DNA of 64,000 nucleotides from positions 2,976,001 to 3,040,000 of the forward strand of contig CAUVXB020000002.1 in assembly GCA_963555825.3 (NCBI GenBank). Reading direction: 5' to 3'. This document shows, piece by piece, positions 43,736 to 52,133 of this stretch. The notes below the pieces were generated by a model. It was not told where the DNA came from and ran no database searches. It worked only from the letters and a program-made list of their open reading frames with translations. Position 1 is the stretch's first letter. The number at the start of each line of letters is the position of its first letter. The stretch is from Alphaproteobacteria bacterium. GTDB taxonomy: Bacteria; Pseudomonadota; Alphaproteobacteria; JAAXGF01. Both the position numbers and the translations under genes were made by a program.

Positions 43736-45037
43736 TCAGACAATCGCCAGGTGGCTGTGGTCGAACAATAGCTCGTAGCGGCACGCCTCGCGCACCAGGT
43801 CGTGGCTGCCGCGGCGGAAGACGAAAACGTTTTCCCAGCTGCCCGACACGACGTAGTGGACGCCGTCGGGGTGCAACGCGAGGCCGCGCGGCCGGCGCAG
43901 CCCGATGCGGTCGGTGCGCGTGACGTGCTTGACCGCGCCCGACGCGGCGTCGAAAGCGATCACCGTATGCGACGCGACGTAGGTGACGAGCATCTCGTCA
44001 TGGGTCGGCTCGTAGACGATCGTCTGGCCGCGTTGCATCAAGAGCGGGTCGTCGGTCATGACGATCGCGCGCTTGGGCGTCGCCGCGCCCAGATCGTAGT
44101 GCAGCAGCGGGACGGGCAGATAGCTGCGGCCATAGCCGTCGGGCGCTTCGGGGTAATAGACGTCGTCGCGGCCCCGGAGCACCAGCTGGGCGTCATCGAA
44201 CGCGGCGAGCCGTGACTGCAGCACGGCGATGCGGTCGAGGCCGCCGACCGCGACATGTTGCACCTCGTTCAAGCGCTTGGGCGCGACTTCCTTGTGCGCG
44301 AGGCGTCCGCTGGCGGCCTCGATGATCGTCAGCGACGGTTCGACGCCGTAGGGCATGCGCATCGTCGGCGCCTCGACGTCGGTCGGCCAATCGGTGCTGC
44401 CGTAATTGGCGACGGCGAGGTGCCGGCCGCCGTCGAACAGCGCGATGTCGTGCGGCGCGATGCCCGCGCAGTCGAAGCTGTCGAGGACGCGCAACGTGTC
44501 GGCGTCGCGCACGCTGATGCGCCCGAAGTGGTCGGCCGGCCGACCCGAATAGGGCGCGCCCGGGTCGCGCCGCTCGACCGCGAAGACCGTCTTGCCATCG
44601 GCCGTGAAGGCGACGTGGCCGCCGAACAGGAAGCCGTCGGCGTGGGGCCGGGCGGTCGCCGTCAGATCGAGGCTCGCCGGGTCGATGACCAGAATTGCGT
44701 CGTCGTTCTTGCCGACGAACAGGGCGCGCGAGCGGGCCGGGTCGAGGGTGATGGCGTGCCCGACGATCGGGAACAGCGCGCGTTCGACGCTGTCGGCGTC
44801 GAGCGCGATGCGCGTGATCATGGTGACCGGCCCGTCGTAGCCGCGTGGCAACGCGCGGGCGGCGCGCCGGTCGGCGATCAGCGGCTGGCCGCGGCGGTAC
44901 GCCTTGGCGGTCTTGTAGCCGGGGATGAGATAAGCCGACGGCGGCGGCGCGGCGCGCAGCTTGGAGACGCCGCCCGCGGCGCCCGCCAAGACGGCGGCGC
45001 CGGCCGATATCAGGAAGTCACGTCTATCTGTCGCCAT
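43736..45037 (-). CDS. Tat-exported beta-propeller protein, DUF1513-like
   Basis: DRRDFL Tat signal; F.GH..F..DG, GI.PHDI, LAVANYG. Confidence 0.72.
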   Translation of the reverse strand: MATDRRDFLISAGAAVLAGAAGGVSKLRAAPPPSAYLIPGYKTAKAYRRGQPLIADRRAARALPRGYDGPVTMITRIALDADSVERALFPIVGHAITLDPARSRALFVGKNDDAILVIDPASLDLTATARPHADGFLFGGHVAFTADGKTVFAVERRDPGAPYSGRPADHFGRISVRDADTLRVLDSFDCAGIAPHDIALFDGGRHLAVANYGSTDWPTDVEAPTMRMPYGVEPSLTIIEAASGRLAHKEVAPKRLNEVQHVAVGGLDRIAVLQSRLAAFDDAQLVLRGRDDVYYPEAPDGYGRSYLPVPLLHYDLGAATPKRAIVMTDDPLLMQRGQTIVYEPTHDEMLVTYVASHTVIAFDAASGAVKHVTRTDRIGLRRPRGLALHPDGVHYVVSGSWENVFVFRRGSHDLVREACRYELLFDHSHLAIV

Positions 45038-45156
45038 CCTCATTGATCGGATGACCTGCCATGTTGGGTGCGGTCGCGCCGAACCATCGCCTGTCGGCGA
45101 CCGCTATCGGATGTCTGCCGTTGGGACGCGGGAACGCGCTCACGCGCGGCCGGCGA

Positions 45157-45843
45157 TTACGGGCTGGGGCTCTGCTGGTCCTTGTCGCGGCCGCCGCCGA
45201 TGCCGGCGTCGTCGGGCGAGCCGAGGCCGGCGTCGTCCCTGAGGCCGGTATCGTCGATCGGGCCCGCGGCGCCCGCCGTGACCGCGCCAGCGGCGTCCAC
45301 CGTGGCGCCTTGGCCCGCCCCGACGGTCGTCGTCGTAGCGCCGGCGACACGTGGCGTGACCGTGATGCTGCCGCTCAGCACGGCGACGATCGTCGAAATG
45401 CTCGTTACGAGGGCGATGAAATCGGTGCCGCGCACGCCGATCACGGCGACCGGGGTGCGAATCTCAATGCCTTCGTTGTTCAATTTGCCGGTGATGAAGC
45501 GGAAGACGCCCTCGCCGAGGTCGGCGACCAGCTCGCCGGCGTTGGTGTTGCGGTCATAAACGAAGCTGTCGAGCGTGACCCTGCTCGCCGAGCCGAGCCG
45601 GAGCTTGGTGTTGTCGAGGAAGCGGATGTGAAGCGCGCCGTCCTCGACCGTCTCGACGAGCTCGTCGGCGAACAGGTCGTCGGCGCGATAGAGCGGCTGC
45701 TGCGCACCGCCGGCCGGCGTGCCATAGGCCCATACCTTGACCAGATGTACGTTGCCGACTTCACCGGCGGCGTTCAACGGGCCGGCGGCTAGCGCAATCG
45801 ATGCGAGCGCCACGGCGCCGACGGCAAAAGCTTTCCCAAACAT
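45157..45843 (-). CDS. Secreted FecR-domain protein
   Basis: Signal peptide; IRFLDNT.LRLG..S, G.FRFITG, IRTP.AVIGVRGTDF. Confidence 0.88.
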   Translation of the reverse strand: MFGKAFAVGAVALASIALAAGPLNAAGEVGNVHLVKVWAYGTPAGGAQQPLYRADDLFADELVETVEDGALHIRFLDNTKLRLGSASRVTLDSFVYDRNTNAGELVADLGEGVFRFITGKLNNEGIEIRTPVAVIGVRGTDFIALVTSISTIVAVLSGSITVTPRVAGATTTTVGAGQGATVDAAGAVTAGAAGPIDDTGLRDDAGLGSPDDAGIGGGRDKDQQSPSP

Positions 45844-45960
45844 CCGCTTACCCTCCGTTTACGACGCTGGAGACGTTTGCAGGCGCGCCGTTTCGGAGGC
45901 GCGCCGCTTGTCGACCGGCGTCATGAACTGTCCTAACAAAACTCTGCCCGTAATCCACAA

Positions 45961-47175
45961 TTAGAATCCGGCGTGAATGCCCCAGACGACCGAGATGCCG
46001 TCGTTGTTGCCGCCCGCCCCGGGGAAATCGTCGTCGAACGAGGTGCCGACGACGGCGAGACTGGTACTCAGTCCAGGACCGATCAGATAACTCGCGCCGA
46101 GTTCGACGAACCGGCTTTTCTCGTCGCCCTGGTTGCCGAGACCGGGAAAATCGCGGAGACCTTCTTCCTGGCCGACGAAGTAGCTGAGCGTGAGCTGCCA
46201 GGGCCCGGTCGAATAGCCGACGCCGATGTTGAATGAGTCGCCCTCGTTGCTCGATGCACAGAGGCCCGGGGGAAAAACGGCCGTTGCGGTGAACAGCAGG
46301 CACAACGGTTCCTCGACGACCGCGAACGAGGCCGCGATGTCCCAGCCCAGATAACTCAACGCGATGCCGCCGTTGTAGGCGAAGTAGTCGTCGACATCGG
46401 ACCCCAATGCGGCGTTTTCCGCGAATTGCGGCGCATCCGCCGTCGCGGCGCCGGCCTGCAACCTGACCCCGATGCCATCGAAGTCGTTGACGTAGCTGAT
46501 GCCGATGTCGAGTCCGTTGGTGTAGACGATGTTCTCGTCGGCCGGGCCGGTGAAGAAGAAGGTCGAGCCGCCCGAGCCGATCAGATTCCCGGTGATGAGA
46601 TGGCCGCGCGGCGTCCAGCTCGCGGTCAGCTGGAAGCCCTCGAAACGCGGCGTGAAATAGGTGATCTTCGGCTCGTCGTTGCCCGCTTCGATTACCGTCG
46701 AGCGCGACGGGCTGCGGAAACGCAGACCCGAATTGTTCAACGGAGCGACGAAACCACTCATCCAGCCCGAGTTGATGCCGATTCCCGCGGTCGGGGCATC
46801 GGTCAGCCAGCCATAGCTGTAGCGGCCCGAATTGACCGAACCGATACGGAACTCACCGAAGCCGCCGGCGAGCACGAGATAGTGTTGGTCGACTTGGTCG
46901 CCGGTGGTCTCGCCCTTGAGCTCGATCCGGCCGCCGATCTTCAGCCCGTTGTCCAGTTCGCCGCGCATGCGAAAGTGCACCTCGGCGTTCTGGACGCTCG
47001 AGAATTCGCCGACGCGCGAGCTGCCGTTGGTGGCACGATCAGGATCCGAATAGCCATACCACGAGGTGAAATAGCCGCCCAGCTCCATGTGAAGCGGCTC
47101 GACCTCGGCACTTGCAGGATGGACCGCGAGGCCCAGCGCCGCGAGCGCCGTGGTGCCGTATAGATACTTCTTCAC
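45961..47175 (-). CDS. Outer-membrane porin
   Basis: VKKYLYGTTALAA signal, LDNGLKIG.RIEL, GGFGEFRIG, KITYFTPRF.GFQL, terminal Phe. Confidence 0.88.
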   Translation of the reverse strand: MKKYLYGTTALAALGLAVHPASAEVEPLHMELGGYFTSWYGYSDPDRATNGSSRVGEFSSVQNAEVHFRMRGELDNGLKIGGRIELKGETTGDQVDQHYLVLAGGFGEFRIGSVNSGRYSYGWLTDAPTAGIGINSGWMSGFVAPLNNSGLRFRSPSRSTVIEAGNDEPKITYFTPRFEGFQLTASWTPRGHLITGNLIGSGGSTFFFTGPADENIVYTNGLDIGISYVNDFDGIGVRLQAGAATADAPQFAENAALGSDVDDYFAYNGGIALSYLGWDIAASFAVVEEPLCLLFTATAVFPPGLCASSNEGDSFNIGVGYSTGPWQLTLSYFVGQEEGLRDFPGLGNQGDEKSRFVELGASYLIGPGLSTSLAVVGTSFDDDFPGAGGNNDGISVVWGIHAGF

Positions 47176-47282
47176 GAGGTATTCCCCTTTGATACGCTCT
47201 CGCCCGCACCCCAGTCGTGCTGGCACGATGACTTCACACCCAAGCGCCCGCCCCGAGCGATTTGGTCGATCAAATACATTAA

Positions 47283-48002
47283 CGGGCTGTCCTAGCTAAG
47301 GGCGTTTCTGTCTCAAAATAATCCATGTCTTCAATTGGTTAAGCAGTTCTCGGTGGTCACCTCCGTTGAACCGCCATTCGCACTCCTTGAGGAACAGGTG
47401 AAAGCTCTGTTTCGGGACGCCATTGAAGCGCCGTAAATGCCGCTTCGCCTGGTTCCAGAAGTTCTCGATCCCGTTGATATGGCTCCGCTCGTCGACGAAC
47501 CGCTCCGAGTGATTGATCCGAACATGGTGGAAGTCCGAAACGTCCAGGGCATCATAGCTCGAAAAGCCGTCCGTATAGACGATGCTGTCAGGCCGGATCA
47601 TACGCTCCATAATCGGCATCAACGTGGCAGTCCGGGCATTGGGAATCATCGCCGTGTAGACCTTCCCACCTCGCTTCAAAAGCCCGAAAACCGGGACTTT
47701 TCCGCCAGCGCCTCGACCCCGCTTGCCTTTGCGGCGGCCGCCAAAATAACTCTCATCAACCTCGATCTCTCCGGCAAAAGGCGAGGCCTTCTCCATTTCC
47801 TCGGCAATCACCTTGCGAAGCCGAGTATAAAACGAGGCCGCCGTGTTCCGGTGGACGCCAACCAGTTCGGCTGCTGCCCGAGCCGTCGTACCCGCAACGA
47901 AGTGCTCAATCAGACGACCGCGCTTCCAATCACTGAGCCGGCTTTTCCTCTCGTACATCCCGCCATCCTAGCCTAAGCATGCCGCTTAGCTAGGACAGCC
48001 CC
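47283..48002 (-). mobile_element. IS1595-family (IS1016-like) insertion sequence, 720 bp, 8-bp TSD
   Basis: TIRs CGGGCTGTCCTAGCTAAG / GGGGCTGTCCTAGCTAAG; TACATTAA at 47275-47282 and 48003-48010. Confidence 0.95.
47296..47958 (-). CDS. IS1595-family transposase
   Basis: EVDESYFGG, GKRGRGA.GK.PVFG, VYTDG, HINGIENFW, LKECEWRFN. Confidence 0.95.
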   Translation of the reverse strand: MYERKSRLSDWKRGRLIEHFVAGTTARAAAELVGVHRNTAASFYTRLRKVIAEEMEKASPFAGEIEVDESYFGGRRKGKRGRGAGGKVPVFGLLKRGGKVYTAMIPNARTATLMPIMERMIRPDSIVYTDGFSSYDALDVSDFHHVRINHSERFVDERSHINGIENFWNQAKRHLRRFNGVPKQSFHLFLKECEWRFNGGDHRELLNQLKTWIILRQKRP

Positions 48003-48099
48003 TACATTAATCGATGGATAGTCAAGGATTTAGTAGGGTTTGCGACCGCCATGCGCGGGCTGAAACGGCGTCGATTCGCGGTCCCCGCCGGCCCCGGCG

Positions 48100-50310
48100 C
48101 TATTTCGTCGTCGCGACGAAGACGCCGTCCCAATCGTCGCCCGGCGGATCCGCTTCGAAGGCGTCGCAACGCTCGTCATAGAGGTCGTAGAGCGGACCGA
48201 GCCCGAGTCCCGGGGCGCGCTCGCGGCATTCGGCGACGAGCGCGCGCGTGCGCATCCATTCCTGCCCCCGAAATGCGGCCAGCATGTCGCCGTGGTTGGC
48301 GAGCAGGGCCTGGAACGTCGTGTCGTCGGCCAGCGCCTCGTCGCCCATCAACGCGAAGATGCGCACCGGAACGGTCTTGCCCTTGACTTGGATGAGGTCG
48401 AGCTCGAGCGTGACGAAGCCATCGGCCCGAACCTGCGTGTTCTCGCCGATCACGATGTCGACGCCGTAGGATTTCGACTGGCCCTCGAGGCGCGAGGCGA
48501 GATTGACGTCGTCGCCCAGCACCGAATAGTCGAAGCGCAGGTCCGAACCCATGTTGCCGACGCAGCATTCGCCGGTGTTGAGCCCGATGCCGATCTTGAT
48601 CGGCACGTCCGTGCGGCCCTCGTCGGCGGCCTCCTTGCGCAGTTCCTCGTTCAGCGGGCCGAGGCGGTCCATCATCACGAGCGCCGATCGGCAGCCGTTC
48701 CGGACGTGGTCGGCGTCGTCGAGCGGCGCGTTCCAGAACGCCATGATGCAGTCGCCCATGTACTTGTCGATGGTGCCGCGGCGGTCGAGGATGACGTTGG
48801 TCATCGGTGTCAGGAAGCGGTTGATCAGCCGTGTCAGGCCGACCGCGTCGAACTGCTCGGAAATCGTCGTGAAACCGCGGATGTCGCAGAACAGCAGCGT
48901 CATATCGCGCATTTCGCCGCCCAGTTTCAGACGGCTCGGGTCTTCGGCGAGCTGCTCGACGAGCGCCGGCGACATGAAGCGGCTGAACGCGCTGCGCACC
49001 TGCTCGCGCTCGGCCTCGGTACGCAGATAGCTGATGATGGACGACGAGAGATAGACAAAGAGCGCGATGATCGACGGGTAGATCGGCGCGAACAGCAGCC
49101 GGAGCTCGACGAAGGCGTACCACGAGAAGCCGAGCGCCGCGGCGATGCCGATGCCGGTCACCAGGCCACCCCAGGCGGCGCCGGTACGCGGCAGCACGAG
49201 CACCAGGATCAAGCCGAAGACCAACAGGCAGACGAGCTCAAGCCCATCCGCGTAGTCGGGCCGTTCGAGAAAGTCTTGCAGGAGCATCTGCTCGATCACC
49301 TGAGCGTGCAACTCGACGCCGGGGATCGACTGGCTCAGCGGCGTTGCCCGGATGTCCATGAGACCCGCCGCGCTGGTGCCGACGAACAGGATATGGTCGC
49401 GCACCTGGCGGGCGTCGAAGTCGTCCTCGAACACCTGCCATGCCGGGATGAAGCGGGCGGCGACATGACCGGTGTCGTAGAGCAGGATTCGGCCGTTCTT
49501 GTCGGTCGACGCCGGAACATGGCCGATCTTGACATCGGTGATGCCGGTGACTTCGCCGAAGGAGACTTCGCCGCTCGCGCCCGAGGCCTTGATGATGATC
49601 GTCGACGCGCCCTGGGCGATGCGCAATGCCTCCGCCGCCAGCGTCGGATAGATCTCGCCGTCGTACTGGACGAGCAAGGGGACGCGGCGAATGACACCGT
49701 CGATCTCGGGCACGTTGTTGAAGCTGCCGTTGCCCGCCGCCGCCTGTTCGATGATCGGCAGGCTGGTGACCGAACCGCCATAGGAGGGCACGAAGTCGGT
49801 CACTTCGTCGCCGGCGTAAGCGTAACCCGTCTTGAGCGCCGGCTTGCGCCCGCCGTCGCCCAGCAGGACGAAACCGGCGACGACGTTGGATCGGGCGATC
49901 GCGGCGGCGAATTCCTCGTCGTAATCGGGCATCGAGGCGACACGCTCGCGAATATCCGCGGTCTGGCGCGTCACCGGCCAACTCTCGACCGCGCGCCGGG
50001 GCGAGGAGCGGTCCGGCTCGGCGAACACGATGTCGAAAGCGATCGCCACGGCACCGGCATCGGTCAGCCGCTCGACCAGTTCGGCGAGCAGGAGGCGCGG
50101 CCATGGCCATTGGCCCAGTTTTTCCAGGCTCGCGTCGTCGAGGTCGATGATCTTGACGCCCGACGGCTGGAACTCGCGTGGCTTCAGCTCCTGATAGAAA
50201 TCGAAGATCTGGACTCGAAAGCCGACCAACACCGCGGGATCGGCGCTGCGCAGCGCCAAGCCGGCGAACAACAGGATGATCGGAACGATCAGGTGCAGCC
50301 TTCGAGCCAT
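48100..50310 (-). CDS. CHASE2-domain class III adenylate cyclase
   Basis: GQWPWPR, FDIVFAEPD, PGVELHA, three TMs, FCDIRGFT, DKYMGD (Lys) and DYSVLGDDVNLASRLE (Asp), the ATP-type specificity residues. Confidence 0.95.
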   Translation of the reverse strand: MARRLHLIVPIILLFAGLALRSADPAVLVGFRVQIFDFYQELKPREFQPSGVKIIDLDDASLEKLGQWPWPRLLLAELVERLTDAGAVAIAFDIVFAEPDRSSPRRAVESWPVTRQTADIRERVASMPDYDEEFAAAIARSNVVAGFVLLGDGGRKPALKTGYAYAGDEVTDFVPSYGGSVTSLPIIEQAAAGNGSFNNVPEIDGVIRRVPLLVQYDGEIYPTLAAEALRIAQGASTIIIKASGASGEVSFGEVTGITDVKIGHVPASTDKNGRILLYDTGHVAARFIPAWQVFEDDFDARQVRDHILFVGTSAAGLMDIRATPLSQSIPGVELHAQVIEQMLLQDFLERPDYADGLELVCLLVFGLILVLVLPRTGAAWGGLVTGIGIAAALGFSWYAFVELRLLFAPIYPSIIALFVYLSSSIISYLRTEAEREQVRSAFSRFMSPALVEQLAEDPSRLKLGGEMRDMTLLFCDIRGFTTISEQFDAVGLTRLINRFLTPMTNVILDRRGTIDKYMGDCIMAFWNAPLDDADHVRNGCRSALVMMDRLGPLNEELRKEAADEGRTDVPIKIGIGLNTGECCVGNMGSDLRFDYSVLGDDVNLASRLEGQSKSYGVDIVIGENTQVRADGFVTLELDLIQVKGKTVPVRIFALMGDEALADDTTFQALLANHGDMLAAFRGQEWMRTRALVAECRERAPGLGLGPLYDLYDERCDAFEADPPGDDWDGVFVATTK

Positions 50311-50388
50311 GCCCTTATGCTAGCGCGTCTCGCTGGCATCGAGAAGCGGCCACGGACGGTAAGAACCGAACAAGGGAGAGCCATCACC

Positions 50389-50784
50389 ATGAACATGCCG
50401 GTATTTCACTTGTTGAGCGACGCGCCCAAGCCGGTCGCGCCCTACAGCCACGCGGTCGAGATCGACGGCTGGCTGTTCCTGGCCGGCCAGATCGCCAGCG
50501 ATCTCGCGTTCGAGCCCGACAGCCTGCCCGACGGCATCGAGGCGCAGACCCACAAGGTCATGGAGAACCTCTCGCGCGTGCTCGCCGGCGTCGGCGTCGG
50601 CCTCGATCACTGCGTCGCCGCGCGCGTCTTCCTGACCCATTTCGACGAAGATTACCGACGCATGGACGCGGTCTACCAAACCTATTTCGACGCCGACAGG
50701 CGCCCGGCCCGCACCACCGTCGGCGTCACCGCGCTCGCCTCGGGCGCGCGCGTCGAGATCGACGTCATCGCCAAGCGGCCGTGA
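50389..50784 (+). CDS. RidA/YjgF family protein
   Basis: PYSHAV, LAGQI, PARTTVGV..L....VEID. Confidence 0.92.
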   Translation: MNMPVFHLLSDAPKPVAPYSHAVEIDGWLFLAGQIASDLAFEPDSLPDGIEAQTHKVMENLSRVLAGVGVGLDHCVAARVFLTHFDEDYRRMDAVYQTYFDADRRPARTTVGVTALASGARVEIDVIAKRP

Positions 50785-51521
50785 CGGCGGCTTGGCCAAT
50801 GGTTGACGAGCTGTCATCGGCGGCACCGAAAGCCTTCTCTGTCGGGCTGTTGCTGTTCCCGAACCTGACGCAGCTCGACCTGACGGGACCCCACGAAATC
50901 TTTGTCCGCGCGCCCGGCACGACGGTTCATTTGATATGGAAGTCGCTCGATCCGGTTACCGCGGTGGGTGGCATGGCGATAACGCCGACGACGACCTTCG
51001 AGACCTGCCCGGCCTTCGACCTGATATGCGTTCCCGGCGGCCCCGGCCAAGTCGATCTGATGGCAGACGATGCGGTGCTCGCCTTCCTGCGCGCGAAGGC
51101 GGCGGTGTGCCGCTTCGTTACCTCGGTCTGCACCGGATCATTGGTGTTGGCGGCGGTGGGTCTGCTGCGGGGCTACCGAGCGACCTGCCATTGGACATCG
51201 ATCGATCAGCTCGCCCTTCTCGGCGTGACGCCGGTGCCCGAACGCATCGTCCGCGATCGCAACCGAATTACCGGCGCCGGCGTCACATCCGGTATCGATT
51301 TCGCGCTGTTCACGGTCGCCGAAATCTTCGGCGCACCGGTCGCCGAATATATCCAGCTGTCGCTCGAGTACGACCCCGAACCGCCGTTCGCGTCCGGCTC
51401 ACCCCGTCAGGCGACCGCCGAACTCGTAGCCGACGCCCTCGAAAAGGCGGGCACGCTCCTTGAACGGCGTCTGGCCGCGACGAAACGCGCCGCGGAAAAG
51501 CTCGGGCGCCTGTCAAAATAG
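50781..51521 (+). CDS. DJ-1/PfpI family protein (isonitrile hydratase-like)
   Basis: TQLDLTGP, VPGG.G, TSVCTGS, ATCHW, GVTSGIDFAL, EYDPEPPF.SG. Confidence 0.9.
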   Translation: MTAAWPMVDELSSAAPKAFSVGLLLFPNLTQLDLTGPHEIFVRAPGTTVHLIWKSLDPVTAVGGMAITPTTTFETCPAFDLICVPGGPGQVDLMADDAVLAFLRAKAAVCRFVTSVCTGSLVLAAVGLLRGYRATCHWTSIDQLALLGVTPVPERIVRDRNRITGAGVTSGIDFALFTVAEIFGAPVAEYIQLSLEYDPEPPFASGSPRQATAELVADALEKAGTLLERRLAATKRAAEKLGRLSK

Positions 51522-51558
51522 AGTCGAATGGTTCGCGTCGACGGGAGACGCAGATCGG

Positions 51559-51921
51559 CTACTTGCGGTGCCAGCGGCCGGTCGAATCCATGACGAATTC
51601 GCCCGGCTTGGCGCGCCGGACCAGCTTTTTGCCGACGATCGCCTCGACCGCCTGCAGGCTGGTGCCGTTCTTCGTGGCGATGCCCTGGTATTTGGCGCGG
51701 CGCTTGCCGTTGATGTTCTGGACCATCGCCACGACGCCGCCCGGCGCCGACGGATCGACGATGCCGACGTAGCCATCGACGCGCTCGCCGACCAGCCCGG
51801 CGGCCTTGGCGGCGTCGAGCGATTGGGCGCGCGACGCCGTGACCGGGACGAAGGCGAGCGCGGCGGCCAGGGCGAACGTCGAAAGGGCCAGTCTACGGGT
51901 CATTCGTTTCATCGCGGTCAT
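51559..51921 (-). CDS. ydbL: YdbL (DUF1318) family protein
   Basis: LDAAK..GLVGE..DGY, IN.KRR..Y..IA; third gene of the ydbH operon. Confidence 0.88.
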   Translation of the reverse strand: MTAMKRMTRRLALSTFALAAALAFVPVTASRAQSLDAAKAAGLVGERVDGYVGIVDPSAPGGVVAMVQNINGKRRAKYQGIATKNGTSLQAVEAIVGKKLVRRAKPGEFVMDSTGRWHRK

Positions 51922-51923
51922 GC

Positions 51924-52115
51924 CTAGAACAGGCCCTCCTCGTCCTCGAACAGCGCCTCGACGTCCTTCTCGATCTTGATACGTATCTCCTGCTCGATCT
52001 TGATGTTGAGGTTGATGACGATCGGCTTGTCGGGCGGCTCGATCTTCACCGTGGGCGCGCAGGCGGCGGCGAGCGCCACGGCGACGAGCGCGATCAGCAG
52101 GCGGGGCGGCGCCAT
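51924..52115 (-). CDS. ynbE: YnbE family lipoprotein
   Basis: LAAAC lipobox, P.V....PDKPI.INLNIKIE.EI. Confidence 0.92.
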   Translation of the reverse strand: MAPPRLLIALVAVALAAACAPTVKIEPPDKPIVINLNIKIEQEIRIKIEKDVEALFEDEEGLF

Positions 52116-52133
52116 CAGCGCCTCACCGGCGCG

